Shown: one piece after another, positions 22,458 through 34,616 of the stretch
Numbering within the stretch: position 1 is the first letter of the stretch
Layout of the letters: each line of letters starts with the position of its first letter
NCBI RefSeq assembly: GCF_000981445.1
Contig: NC_027216.1
Coordinates: 1,736,001 to 1,800,000, forward strand
Direction: 5' to 3'
From: Babesia bigemina
Lineage: Eukaryota
Length of the DNA: 64,000 bases
Notes under the pieces: generated by a model
Databases searched by the model: none
Seen by the model: only the letters and a program-made list of their open reading frames with translations
What the model was told of the DNA's origin: nothing
Position numbers and translations under genes: made by a program

Positions 22458-23050
22458 ATGTCCTGCAAAAAGTTCATGGTCTTCCTGGGATCGTCGGCAT
22501 TTCTCGGATACGCCTTCGTGACCTACAGGTTGAAGCTCACAAGACGCGAGGCACTGGTGAGTTAGATGTCCAACTGTCGATCTGTTCGAGTGCTGCGCAT
22601 CCTTAAAACTGTATGTTACATGGATGTGTGGCTGTTAGTGCGCTTGCGTTGCCTTAATTTCAATGCCTACGCTAGGCGTGGCCGTTGTGGAAGGCTAGAC
22701 CAGGACGGTGTTCTAACGTACATTTGTGATGCTGTAAAACCCATCACAGGTAACGTATAAGTTACCACTGTGTCCTGTGATCTGTGTTTTTGTTGTTGAC
22801 TGGCATTAAGGCGTTCAGCGATGCCGTTTACATACACGGTGCATCGCACCGTGACCGCTTCACATGCATATACGTATCTCGCAATACATCATAACCGCGA
22901 CAGAAACGCTTCGAAGAGAGCGAGGACGGCAGGCGCCTTGCAATGGAATCACTGTCTTTTGCGCCCAAAATACAAACCGAAGGGCCGGATGTATCGCAGA
23001 AATTAATCGAAGAATACAAAGCACGACAGCAGCCGCCCATTATAAAATAG
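22458..23050 (+). CDS. Small 81-aa protein with an N-terminal TM segment, 2 exons (22458-22556, 22904-23050); not in the ORF track
   Basis: MSCKKFMVFLGSSAFLGYAFVTYRLKLTRREAL|GTGAGT...CATAAC..GACAG|KRFEESEDGRRLAMESLSFAPKIQTEGPDVSQKLIEEYKARQQPPIIK*. The splice is phase-0 compatible. Confidence 0.65.
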
Positions 23051-24755
23051 TCACAAGGTTTCCAGAGGCTGACAGATGTAGGCCGCTGAATACGTCGGCC
23101 CGCTGTAGCCACGTTTCACGCGAAGGTCACGACGACCCATCGTCAGGAACTGCACCAACACCCTCAGGCTGTTCCTCCAAAAGTCGTAGCCTGCACGAGT
23201 GTAGACCGCATTCGGTGGCAACCTACCGTGTGCTAGGTCGTTAATCTCACGTGCCACGCACAAACGGCGCCGAGCGCCATAATAATCACGAACAGCGTGA
23301 GCTTCTACATCTTTGTAACACAAAATTTCCATGGTCTCCTAATACGCGTTATGTTTCGGTGTACATGCTTGAACGAACCTCAAGCAGCTTTTTGAAGCAA
23401 GGATATTTGTTAACGCTGAAATCGTAGACGCCCCTGAACCACCTGATGGCCTCCTCAACGCGGCCGTTCATCACCAGTTCCAGGAAGTGCTGGGTTAGTA
23501 GTCGGCAATAGTAAAATGACTGCTTGTCCACGTCGACGTAGGCCGAATGCAGCAGACGTAAAGCGTCGAACGAACGCCCTGAGAGCACAAGATTCGACAA
23601 CTTGTGGCGCACATCTAGCGACGACTCAAAACGCAGAAAAACTTCGTCTGTGATGTAGATAGATTCGGCATAAATCTCGTCGTTTGATCCATCGTCGGAT
23701 CCCTCCTCTTCAGGGGTATTCTCCTCCTCCTGCAATGCATCTGCGGCGGTGCTTGCGCAATCCTCGATGGTTGCAGCAGCTGCACTATCGGCTGCGATCG
23801 CGCCTCGCTCCCTGCTGAACGCCTCCAGAGTCCTCTTGTGGCCGCTGTAGAGCAAATACGAGTACACCAACACATCCAATGACTCCATGTCTACGTGCTT
23901 CGCGTTTATTTCCTTCTGCTCGGAGGCCAGCGCGCGGCGGTATTCATTTGCGATATCGAACTTGAAGGGACCGACGAAGTTGCATGTGACGTGGTCCCCG
24001 AATTGACCCAACCCAACAGTAGGGAAGTTGTCGCAATGGTGTAATCTGCCAGCTTCACCTGAATGGTGGTGAGAACGAGCATGATTGATGGCGCAGCTCT
24101 ACAGTAAGACACCCACTTACCCTGGTATTTGCCGTTGCGCGTAAAAAAGTAGCATTGCTTCAGGTAGTTTATGCCGCAACCCACAGTGTCGCCTTGTTCG
24201 TAGGCCGACCCGTACGACTCCCACTTGCCGCTGCCAAGGGAGACGTGGCCGTTCTCACCACGATACCCGACGGAAAATGGATCGTTTCCTGGGTATCGGT
24301 TCAGGTGGTAGCTGCCATCCGAGAATCCCACCACAACTTTAGCTGGGCTCTCGCTGCTCACGACATTCACCTCGAAATAATACAAAACGCAATCCTTCGG
24401 AGCCGGCAATTCCGATTGTACAGACTGCAACGCATTTAGAAATACTCCAATACAGTTTGCGTAAGGTAATGCATGAGATGAACAACTCCGAAAATATGTT
24501 GAAGTACAATTTTACAATTTTGCCTAACTACATTCTAGCATTATTAAAAACCACAATACGCAAAATCAAGTACGTCACCACCTAAACGTGATTGCATGAA
24601 CTCAAACTCACGCCTGGATCGCAGTATCGCCCCTTGCCGTTGTACTCGATAGTCAAGTGATCCTTACGAACCCTGACGTAATGCTGGTGGATGCGGACAT
24701 TGAGCTGCTTCGGGTACTCCTCCGCCCCGTATAGCATACTAATAAGCTCATTCAT
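23051..24755 (-). CDS. RanBP9/RanBP10 (GID1)-like SPRY-LisH-CTLH-CRA protein, ~5 exons
   Basis: Exon 1 is MNELISMLYGAEEYPKQL...YNGKGRYCDPG. SPRY: YYFEVNV...YPG...SVGYRGENG...YGSAYEQGDTVGCGINY...FFTRNGK. LisH: LDVLVYSYLLYSGHKRTLEAF. CTLH: LLTQHFLELV. TGA at 23053-23051. Confidence 0.88.
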
Positions 24756-25233
24756 TGCGGAGTAGGGTTGAAAAAAATTTTGAGACCACTAAGGCGCTGA
24801 TGAACCTGCACAGCGGCCGAAGGCCACGCAGATTCCTATAGTACAACAATCTAATAAAACAGCCTAGTATGCATTTTATACGTGAACTTTCAGGTGTGTC
24901 ATGTGTTAGGTATTATCAACTCTTTTTATTGAAATGGAAGGTCGACGCGTATAGCGTGCGGACCCTAGACACCGGCTAGAAAGAGAGGTTGACGCCGATT
25001 GGGGGTTTTACAAAGTGATTGCTCTTAAATATTTAATGTATATGTGTATGTGTATCGCATTAGCAGGTGATTGGTCTAATCGCCATTAATAAATTGTAGA
25101 AGGCGCGCAGCAACCGGATACGTAGTCAAACACGAATACCTTCTGCGTAGTTCTGCGATCGCATTGTTCAAGAAAGGGTTGTGCAATGCGAAGGGACCTT
25201 TGATGAGCATTGTAGCAACGACCTTTACACGAT

Positions 25234-25812
25234 ATGGCGAAGAAAACCGAATACAAAAAAAGCGAGCTTCTGCAAATCCTCTCTTCATCTACGGCCTCGC
25301 TTAAGGATAAGAATCGTGCAGTCAAATTGCTTAAAAAGTTTGACCCGAACCCTAAGAAGCATCTGGACTCTTCTTTCCAAACAAGCCAGGCCACTGTCGC
25401 CAAGTACCCATCACTGCAGTCATTTTTGTAAGTGGTTTTAGAGCCATGACAATTCGTCACGCATTTGAACATGGAATTCCGTGCCTTAGGTGTTGTTGGG
25501 TTTTTGTCCTAAATTAGTGGTTTTGGGGAACAACCTTTTGCAGATGTTGGCGATGTGACAAGATAAAGCAAACCATGACAAAAGTTAAATGGGAGTCCAA
25601 AGAAGGTGAGTTTTGTTTATCTCTGTTTTTCTTTTGTTCGATGTTGCTTCATTTGCACAAAGTCGCACTGTCATCATTGTATCAAAAAACAGCGTCCGTC
25701 AACATCTGTTAATGACTGCGCAGGTCTGAAGGTAATTTGCACCACGTGCTACACCAACTTGGCACAATACCTCGAGGTAGCCAAGGTTAGACGACTGAAT
25801 AACAAGTTTTGA
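25234..25812 (+). CDS. Small basic protein (114 aa) with CxxC...CxxC putative zinc-binding motif, 3 exons (25234-25427, 25544-25605, 25724-25812)
   Basis: Phase-consistent GTAAGT/GTGAGT...CAG introns give ...SLQSFLCWRCDKIKQTMTKVKWESKEGLKVICTTCYTNLAQYLEVAKVRRLNNKF*. Confidence 0.8.
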
Positions 25813-26475
25813 AGAGCCATTAACGCACTCCTCATCGGATTTACGCTGCATCGGAAAGCGCCACTCAGCACATGCTCCGAGAAAGGCGCACAATAGAAGT
25901 TTACTTTTGTTAAAGCATACGCTATGTGTTGGTCATTGAAACAAAGGTAGCCTGTGTTGGTTAATTAGAATGGTTTGGTTGTATGAATAATTGTATGATT
26001 TGGCTGCAGCATGTTAATCAGCTTTTCATGTATAAGGCAACGTGCGAGAACGATGTCTGCTCCGATGCAACATGTGGATACGTCTCCCTGCATACACGGT
26101 AGCACTTGCGTATAATTGACGAACAATCCCTGGATATTACAACGCTACAATACGTTACTCGCAACAAGCAATTCTATAAGAGAGAAGCTGAGTGAAGGCA
26201 GGGAAAGCTGACAGGATGTCGGAGACTACATCCGGAAGCAACCGAAGGGTTTCAACAAAAGCGATGCAAAAAATCTAATAATTTATATTGGTTGAGATTG
26301 TTGTACTATTTTAAAATTCCATGTGCTCTACGTGAGACTACAATATACCTGGACGAGGAGGCGTTGTTGCGTTTAACATTCGCATCATCTGGGATTCGTA
26401 CAACGCCAATTCACCGGAAAACGGTCTCAAAATCGCTGTTTCAAACTGCGTGTGTAGTCGACGTGGGCTACCTAC

Positions 26476-27234
26476 TTAGTAGAATGCCCAGAAGCCAGCT
26501 ATCTCGTAGATTCTTTCTATGATTTCTTTATCCATATCGACCAACGCCTGGCGGACACTTATGCGAGTAAGGTCCTCGCGGCATCCAGGCTCTTCGAAAC
26601 CCAAAATTTTCATTACTCTACCCAAACGCTTCTCCTTAACACTCTTTTCTTCTCCGAAAAGTTCGGGATTGCTCGAAATCCACAGTGAGATGAGCCCTGC
26701 GTACAACATCGGAGCAATACCCACCAAAATCGCTGCGCATTCCGTCGGTTTCAGCGCGCATGACGCCTCCCACGTCGCTTCCGAACTGTAGGCAGATTCA
26801 TATTGGGCAGGGGTTTTGATACGTTTCAAAAATCTCTCACAATTACCTGCAACACGAGCTACAATTGATGCCATTTCATCACGGCTGATATTCTTGGATT
26901 TTACGACGTTGTCATAGTCACTTTCGTTGTAACAGAACAAACGTTTCATGTCCATACCATCGGTCTTGTTCATAGGGCTCCTGTATTTAGCCAGCAGGCA
27001 TGTCACGTGTGGTTCTTGCTTAAGCTCTTTTTGTTCCAGGAACCCCTTCGCAAACCGCTTAACCATTTCCAGCGATGGTACACGCGTCAAACCAACAGGC
27101 ATGTCTACAAGGAAATTGTGAAGCGCGAAACCTAAAGCTTGCGTGTTAAACCTAGAGGATCCCTTGACGGCAATCAGCCAATCAAAGCACTCCTTCACGT
27201 TACGAGGAATCTCGGTTAACGAATTGTACACCAT
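26476..27234 (-). CDS. Short ves-like (VESA1 N-terminal-domain-like, ves2-type) protein, 252 aa
   Basis: Starts MVYNSLTEIPRNVKECFDWLIAVKG, resembling the VESA1 N-terminal signature SLT..P.NLKEAIDW. Also YESAYSSEATWEASC...CAAILVGIAPMLYAGL and C-terminal AGFWAFY; no Cys-rich region and no C-terminal anchor. Confidence 0.8.
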   Translation of the reverse strand: MVYNSLTEIPRNVKECFDWLIAVKGSSRFNTQALGFALHNFLVDMPVGLTRVPSLEMVKRFAKGFLEQKELKQEPHVTCLLAKYRSPMNKTDGMDMKRLFCYNESDYDNVVKSKNISRDEMASIVARVAGNCERFLKRIKTPAQYESAYSSEATWEASCALKPTECAAILVGIAPMLYAGLISLWISSNPELFGEEKSVKEKRLGRVMKILGFEEPGCREDLTRISVRQALVDMDKEIIERIYEIAGFWAFY

Positions 27235-29843
27235 TTTTAATGATATGCTAAACTATGCGGTTTGTGTATCGCACGATTTGTGTCTCTTAGCTAACAGCTC
27301 CCTTCTACAGTCAGCAGCGTATAACGCCAGCCGTTCAGTTGTCGCGGAAAAGCACACTGTGCTATTAAATATGGTGAAAACCCGTCTTATATAGACGAGC
27401 AGAGCCACGTGTGCGGCAGCGGAACACAAGGTCAAGGCACCGTGATACATGTTTCCCCACAATAGTTGGATCCATATCCTAAACTGGCATGCAATATCAA
27501 GAACGCATGTCATCGGCGTACGCTATTTTGGTATATATCCAGGCTATATACGCATCATAATTTCCAGTGACGCGTGAATATTTATAAGTTGCGATGGTAT
27601 GAGGGTGGTATTGCAGTTTGAACGCCCCGTGTTTGTCACGTGGGACAGTCTATACATCACCCAGCTTATGAACCATAGGCACGCCATGAAACTTCGATTA
27701 GACGTCGACGCCGTCACTAACACAGCACTGATTCAGTAACTTCGGAGTTTCCCCTCGTCGCCTAACGTGGAACCAGAATCCCGTGGTTCTGATCTGTTAG
27801 ATGTCAATACGCCCAACGAGCGACGCTCATACTGAGTTGTATCGTGCACAGTTAATCTGCTGCAATGCTGTTTTGCCACGTTTAATAGTTTCTGCGATAA
27901 ATTTCTGCGTAGGCGGAACTACCATGCATTTCTGTGGTAAAATCTGAACGATATGTTGTTAAAATTTTCCTCACCTAAACGACGTGCAAACGTTCAGTTT
28001 GTTTTGATTTTGATGGCTAAATTAGATGATAGTTGGAAACGATACGACAGCGTTAATGGGCGGGTGGAATGCAGCAATTCCGCTGCCGACCTAACCTTAG
28101 AGGTAGCTACATAAAAAGCGACATTCGCTTCAGATATAACTTCATATACATGCATATTCGGCCTTATAATGTATATAAGCCATCATTTGCTTCTACAAAT
28201 TGCTTGAAATGCGTTGTGGCTGTGTGCCACGTTGCACTTTTGTCCAACGCGTGAGGTACAGCTTTGTTTTATTATAGAATGTGAGTGTTATAAACAGGTA
28301 TGTTTTAAACCTGTAGAGATAATACCTTTGTTATGCACATGAAGTATTCGCTTATCATACCGTTGAATCTGGTGGGATAGAACAACACATCAGCTCATGA
28401 GTAAAGGTTCAGACGGACTCCCACATGTTATATCATATTCTTGTTTTTCGGTGGCTATAGGCATCGTGTGTGCGCACGTATCGCATATTCACAAATGTAT
28501 TTTTTAAGGCAGGTTTTAATAAAATGTCACGATGCTACTATCAACGATGTTGATGCTGATGCGCACTACGGCTGTCGTGTAGTACCGGTAAATACATGGA
28601 TTCAGATTCCATTGTTAATTTGATATGATACGCACATCAAACATGCCGTACACATGGGTACAGGAAACATTAAATCGTCGCTTTATTAATGCTTTGCACC
28701 GTTCGACTGGCCGAAAGTTTGGCAAGCCGTCAACTCAGCAATGTGAATTTTAATAAGTAGTCACACTCCGGAAGTAAAAACAGTTGTCATTAGTGCATAT
28801 ATTTCGCAAGTAAATAACGTGGTTTAATTTGTTGCAGGAATTGGTTCTGGAAATTAACCTAACCATTTACACCGTTGCCTTTTTTTGAAAACCTCGATCG
28901 TGAAGCTGGTGACGGCCTACACGGCTCAACAGGGAACAGTAAATGATGCTGCACATCTAAAAAATCCTGTAAACGTGCGGCGAAGTGGTGAAGGCGTTGA
29001 AATAATTACCCAACGATAAACCTGCCATCCGACCACGGATATTCTTTTCACGGGGTTGTATATAGGATAGGTACGTCTAGAACGCCATTAAAACCAGCAA
29101 ATCTGTGACTTGTGAATGGTTCGTAACACTCATGAAGCCCATCTCATCTTGTATGCGACTATTGAGGTAGCAGCAACCAAGCTGTGAGGGGATAATTCTG
29201 CTGGCACAGTGAATAATGAGAATCCACTGCATTAGTAGTGTCTGATAGAAACATTGTTGAATTACATGATATAAGATGATAACTGCGTCGTTTTATTAAC
29301 AAAAACTCGAAAATGTTTGTTAACTTAAACTCCCAGCGAGACCAGTTGTGTTCAGCTCAACGGAAGGTAGATTAGACATCGTCAGACAAAACCGCAACCG
29401 AGCCGTGCGTATGCTACGCAAATTATTGCGCGCGTTGTACCATAAATATGAACGTGAACCTAGTCTGACACGTCAATCACATACATGCTTGCTTGCGGGC
29501 GTCGCGTCCAAAGGCTCACGCAGCTTCAGGAATCCAACGCCTTGGCTAATTTAAATAACTGACTATGCTGCTTGGACCATTGTGACATGAATATCTGGCT
29601 CATATTGGACGCGGAAGAGTGTGTGGAGGGTCCCTTGTAACCCACTCCGCCATGCAGCTTCAACACGGAATCCCGACTATCATCTTGGATCGCGTACGAA
29701 GTCGTGCACCATAATAATAAAAAAATCCATACATTTAGTGCTGTATTTAAGATACAGCGTCTTCAACAGGTACAACGCTTTTGTACGTTGCTCTTCGCTG
29801 TTTAAGGTTTCAAAGTGAGCTGTCTGGTACGCTCAAGGTAAAA

Positions 29844-30233
29844 ATGGCCGCCTTTTACCGCATTCTTTTCCTCTTCCTACTCTCCTTTTTCCTACATGAG
29901 CAGGTTAACGCCGGCACGATGACGCTGGAGAAAGCCCGCAAGCACTTCTCTGGCACATCGGCATTCCGTGGTTCTGACTATGACAGTAGGATGGGTCACA
30001 ATGCCCACGAAGGTAAAACATTTAATGCTTTATACAACAAATATGCAGGTTCAATCCTAGATTACGATCAGCAGCTCGCCGGTTTTACCCAATCGGGGTC
30101 AGGACCCTACGAGGACGACAGGCCGATCAAGCTCTCCAAGCATGACTTTATGTGCCAGAGCCTGTTCGCAGCTGGGCTTCCAGTAGGCGCTGATTGCCGC
30201 ACCCGTGGCCCCGGACGTTACGTACTTGCTTGA
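29844..30233 (+). CDS. Small secreted hypothetical protein (129 aa)
   Basis: AAAAATG start; signal peptide MAAFYRILFLFLLSFFLHEQVNA; single exon; two Cys near the C-terminus. Confidence 0.7.
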   Translation: MAAFYRILFLFLLSFFLHEQVNAGTMTLEKARKHFSGTSAFRGSDYDSRMGHNAHEGKTFNALYNKYAGSILDYDQQLAGFTQSGSGPYEDDRPIKLSKHDFMCQSLFAAGLPVGADCRTRGPGRYVLA

Positions 30234-31493
30234 AAGTGTTCTGGTTTGGTATTTAAATTTAATATACGTTGCCTTCCATTAACTCCGAATGAGAGTCTTA
30301 ATCTGTAGTTCGTTGTCTTTCATAAAGGTTTCAATTACATATTGCGCTAAAATCAATGCGTATAACAGCAATAGACAGCCTGTTACAGCATCACATGTAG
30401 CCGTTATCATGCAGCGTTCACGCTGCCAACGCTGGCCTAAGGGTGTCCGCATCTGTACCGCCTCAAAGCGGCAGCTGTGTAACGGATGGATAAAATCACA
30501 CGTAACGAGATCTGTGCATTTAGAAGTCTAATTGGATATGATCTGTTTTGCACCCCTTCGGCTGAAAGCAGATAACTTGCATGACCGTTGCCGCTATCTG
30601 CAACTGGCGAGTTTTATTTTTCACAAACAACGGCTAGCAGCTTACAAGCCATGTCTTAATGGGCACATTGAGCAGCTTTGCCAATGCTACTACCGTATGC
30701 ATAATTAGACGCTTATTTCAACCATGTGCACTGGGAGTAGACACGACACGGCAAATGTGAACCATTTATCAACCTCCAGCATAGTCGCCAAATTTTCACT
30801 CAAAAACGCACTAAGAACCATCACGAGCGATGCCAGTCATAATATGCACGAATAATAAAAACTCTGAAGTCGACCCGAAAAATGCGACTAATGGCGCAAA
30901 AAGGAAAATAGTACGTGACGTTAGTATTTTCTACCATATATTCACTTTTGTGCATTGCTTGGAGTGATTAGTGGTGACATTCTATGGCAAGAGGTTCGTG
31001 GATGCATAGGTGGTACACGCGACCCACGACGCGGGGGCTGCCTTCGCGGCGTAGAGCTCTTGTAGCGACGAGCGAAGCGGCGGTCTGAACTGCAAAAATT
31101 AGGAAGCACGCAAAAACAGACTAGCGAGTGGATGGCGCGCGCCATGGCTTGTTAACAACGTCGCAGATTATGCAGCCTTCTCACCACTGGCGCCGCGTCT
31201 GACGAGGGGCCAATTAAGGCGAAGACGTGGCATCGTTGTTATGCGCTGCGAAGCATATCTATCGACTTGCAATCGAACACAGCGTTACCGTGGTGGATGC
31301 CGTTACCTCAGGTGAAAAGTTACACGGTGCGCCACAGGGAGACGGAGGCGTCGACCGGTTATATAACCCTCGACTGAGGGCGCATGGCCGTATTGCATCT
31401 GTACAGCGTTGGTTGAAAGGCGGTGTTTGGTGACTCAGCTGTTTCGTTCGAGTCGGCACTAGGCCGGACGCTGTCGACGCTCAATACACGAAG

Positions 31494-32888
31494 ATGGCCA
31501 CTGTTTACGCGGAATCCTACATCAAGAGCCCGCTGGTCCAAGCTATAGGCGCCGATGGTGTGCAGACAATGCGTGAGGTGCTGGAGCGGGACTTTTCGGA
31601 CTGCAGCGCAGAACACCTCGAAAGCAACCCGGAGCTGCTGGTGTCGGAGGAGTATATGAACAAAAAGAATTCGCTCGTGGAGCCCAACACGCGCATAACA
31701 CCCCTGTGCCAGCTCTCCAGAAAAACGGAAGATGAGGCCCTAGAAATCGCAAAAATGCTTATCACGGAATACAAACTTGTCGATGCCAACCACGTCGACC
31801 TCATGGGGCAAACGGCGCTCTTCTACGCAGCGAGAGATGGCTGGAGCAAGTTTTGCGAGTTCCTTGCGCAAAATGGATGCGACCCCAACCACCAGGACCG
31901 ACTCGGCCAAACCTGCCTCTTCTATGCCTCCAGAGAGGGGCATCACGAAACGCTGGAGGCACTTATCGCATGCAAAGCCGATGTCAACCTTGTCGACACC
32001 AATAAGCAAAACTGCCTCTTCTACGCCGCAAGGGACGGCCGTATGGAGGCAGTTAAGGTCCTCATCAAACACGGAATTAATTACAACTTGAAGGACGCAC
32101 AGCGGCGACAAGCTATAACGTTCGCCAAGCTCAAGAACCAAACTGAAATCGTCAACTTGTTGAAAAGCATGTCCAAGTCGGAGTCACAACACGTCAAGCG
32201 GCCGCTCACTGACCCTGCGGATGTGCAGGGGCTGTTGCAGAGCGCCTCCACCGCGGATGAGATCAAGTCTGGAGTGCCGGTGGTGGTGAAGGAGGCTGGC
32301 AAGCCGCGGAAGTATAGGCTTCAGTTCAGGCCATTCGAGGACGATGCTAATCTATGGGTGGATGCGCCGCTAGTAAAGATTCGCGAGTTCGAATTGCGAT
32401 TCCCCGAGCTCGCCACTTGGGACAAAACTGCGCCGTTCGCTCCGCTCTCGACACTGAGGAACCCCTTGGTCAAGCAGTGGCATCAAATCGGCCTTAACCT
32501 TCTATCGATGATGGGCAAGCAAGAGGGTGGCTACGTGTTCGAGAGGCCAGTCGACCCCAAGAAGCAGAACTGTCCGGATTATTTCGACATCGTCAAGAAG
32601 CCGATATCGTATTCGTGCATCAGGAGCAAAATAAAGAAGAACGTCTACACGAGCCCGAAGGAGTTTGTCGAGGACTGCCAGCTGGTGTTCGACAACTGCT
32701 TCAAATACAACAAGCCGGACACCTGGGTCGCGCAGGTTGGCCGTAACATCGAGACCTTCTTCAAGGAGCAGCTCAAGGAGCTGGATTTCGAAGCGTTCAT
32801 AAATAAGCACGACAAGCTCAATGAGCTGCTTGAGACGGCAAACCAGTACGTGGAATCCAATGAAGTCCCTGCAGAAGCGGCATCATAA
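31494..32888 (+). CDS. BDP1: Ankyrin-repeat + bromodomain protein (apicomplexan BDP1)
   Basis: Ankyrin repeats ([45 protein letters not shown]) and a C-terminal bromodomain (VFERPVDP...[10 protein letters not shown]...VFDNCFKYN). Confidence 0.9.
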   Translation: MATVYAESYIKSPLVQAIGADGVQTMREVLERDFSDCSAEHLESNPELLVSEEYMNKKNSLVEPNTRITPLCQLSRKTEDEALEIAKMLITEYKLVDANHVDLMGQTALFYAARDGWSKFCEFLAQNGCDPNHQDRLGQTCLFYASREGHHETLEALIACKADVNLVDTNKQNCLFYAARDGRMEAVKVLIKHGINYNLKDAQRRQAITFAKLKNQTEIVNLLKSMSKSESQHVKRPLTDPADVQGLLQSASTADEIKSGVPVVVKEAGKPRKYRLQFRPFEDDANLWVDAPLVKIREFELRFPELATWDKTAPFAPLSTLRNPLVKQWHQIGLNLLSMMGKQEGGYVFERPVDPKKQNCPDYFDIVKKPISYSCIRSKIKKNVYTSPKEFVEDCQLVFDNCFKYNKPDTWVAQVGRNIETFFKEQLKELDFEAFINKHDKLNELLETANQYVESNEVPAEAAS

Positions 32889-33554
32889 AACCGCGGTTAG
32901 CCAAACTGTGTTCCCCACGAACATGTACATCAAATGGCGAGTTACACTATTTTGACAAAACTTGTTTATAAATCGAGGTCATATGTCATACATAACGTCA
33001 GTCGCCGCAACCGGTGCTCCAGCTGCACAAGGGCACAGGAGTGAACCTCTATTCATTAAAGCACTGTTTCTAGTTGGCTGACGTGCTGAATGGCATGGCT
33101 ATCGTCCTGAAGTCGATCCTTCATTTCGTCCCGTTGTGTGTGAAGATAACCACGAAGTGTTTCGTGGCTCCACGACGACGGAAACGATCTTCCAAGGTCG
33201 AATGCCCCCCGCCACTCTTGGTGGTAGCGCGTAAGTGACGGTTGTCACACCTCGGTCCATACCAAGTCATCTCGGTATCAGCAATGGTGAAGATAACACA
33301 GAACGTTTGTCGCCTACACCGTTCCTTGCAGATGCGAGACGCATTATGGGTCAACGCAGTTGACAGTCAATCTGCTGCGCGTTTTACACAGCTGGCCAAA
33401 GCTCCAGCGTATGTGCCTCGCGGCACATATTCTCCAGCATATCCAGGTTTAACCTCGTCTATGCTCACATCGAAACTAGAATCATGTCAGCTTATTGCCA
33501 CATCGTACAGTAACACCAACTCACAGAGTCGGCAGCACGTAACCGTTAGGCACC

Positions 33555-34616
33555 CTACGCTATCGGTCCAACGAAGTTTTCGAAGCGGTGCGCCTTTGAA
33601 CGTACTTTGAACAGCTCCCACTCGTGCCACATGTCTGTCAAGAGGCCGCCGGACATGGGATTCTTGGCCAGCTTGATGGCCACACGCTGCATCGACCAGC
33701 GCATCATGCGCACATACCAGGGCTTCTGCGATTCTATGACAATGTCCGACATCGTCTTGAGAAGCGTGTCCATCGTCATGTTGGCGTAGTGGTGAGAGAA
33801 GTACTCATAGCCGTTCGTCTGCTGCTCCATGTAGTCCGAGAAGTCCGCCGTCTTTAGCACAACGTATTTAGCCGACGTCTTCTTGACCGCGCCGTTAGCG
33901 GTGTGCCTCACGATTTCCTCGAGGGTCATGCGAATGCGCTTCCCGCAGAGGTAGCGAGCGATGGACGAGAAGTTCTGCAGCGCGGTACGCAGGGGCTCAA
34001 GCGTCGTGTAGGTCTTGTAGTACAACGTGGCCGTGGAAAGGTAACGACTCAGGAAAGTGTCCGTAGCGTTCAGCCTTTTGAAGGACGAGTTGTAGTGCAC
34101 CAGAGTTTTCATGAATATGCGATACAGGTTGCTCTTCATTTTGCTTTTAACCTTGATGCGCTCAACTCCGTTCTCCGCACGGTAGTCGGCCACCAACAGC
34201 GCGAACAACCGGAAAGCAGCCTCCAGCTGGTATGTATTGGGGAGGTGGATGGTCGGCTCAGCGTCTTGCAACGGGTGCAACTCCTGGTCCAACTTCATGC
34301 ACTTGCCATCGCGGCAGCGAGCAAGGTAACGCTGCACGGATTCTTGGCAGGCATCCTTGTCAGCGAAACGCTCGCAGACACGTTCTTCTACGGCATCCTC
34401 GGCCATTGCGATCTCCACCAAACGCTCCTTGATTATCTGTTCGTGGTCTACGTTGCCAACTCCCGGGTTGATTTTGTGCATGACCTTAGAGAACAACGCG
34501 GTGAGAGGTATCTGCGTACGCACTGCATTACGCACCGCCGCTGATTGTTTAACGACCGATACGGCGCCAATGAACAGGGCGCTCAAGCAAAGCGCTAACG
34601 ACCGCTGCACCTTCAT
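33555..34616 (-). CDS. rra: Divergent RAP-1 family rhoptry protein (RAP-1-related antigen, RRA-type)
   Basis: Signal peptide; four-Cys pattern VCERF..DACQESVQRYLARCRDGKCMKLD; degenerate 14-aa RAP-1 motif TIHLPNTYQLEAAF; YYKTY motif; no C-terminal repeats. Confidence 0.82.
   Translation of the reverse strand: MKVQRSLALCLSALFIGAVSVVKQSAAVRNAVRTQIPLTALFSKVMHKINPGVGNVDHEQIIKERLVEIAMAEDAVEERVCERFADKDACQESVQRYLARCRDGKCMKLDQELHPLQDAEPTIHLPNTYQLEAAFRLFALLVADYRAENGVERIKVKSKMKSNLYRIFMKTLVHYNSSFKRLNATDTFLSRYLSTATLYYKTYTTLEPLRTALQNFSSIARYLCGKRIRMTLEEIVRHTANGAVKKTSAKYVVLKTADFSDYMEQQTNGYEYFSHHYANMTMDTLLKTMSDIVIESQKPWYVRMMRWSMQRVAIKLAKNPMSGGLLTDMWHEWELFKVRSKAHRFENFVGPIA

Noticed and set aside
31494..34616. 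BDP1 (an invasion-gene regulator in Plasmodium) adjacent to the rra invasion gene
   Set aside because: Convergent neighbours in a compact genome; no evidence of functional linkage.
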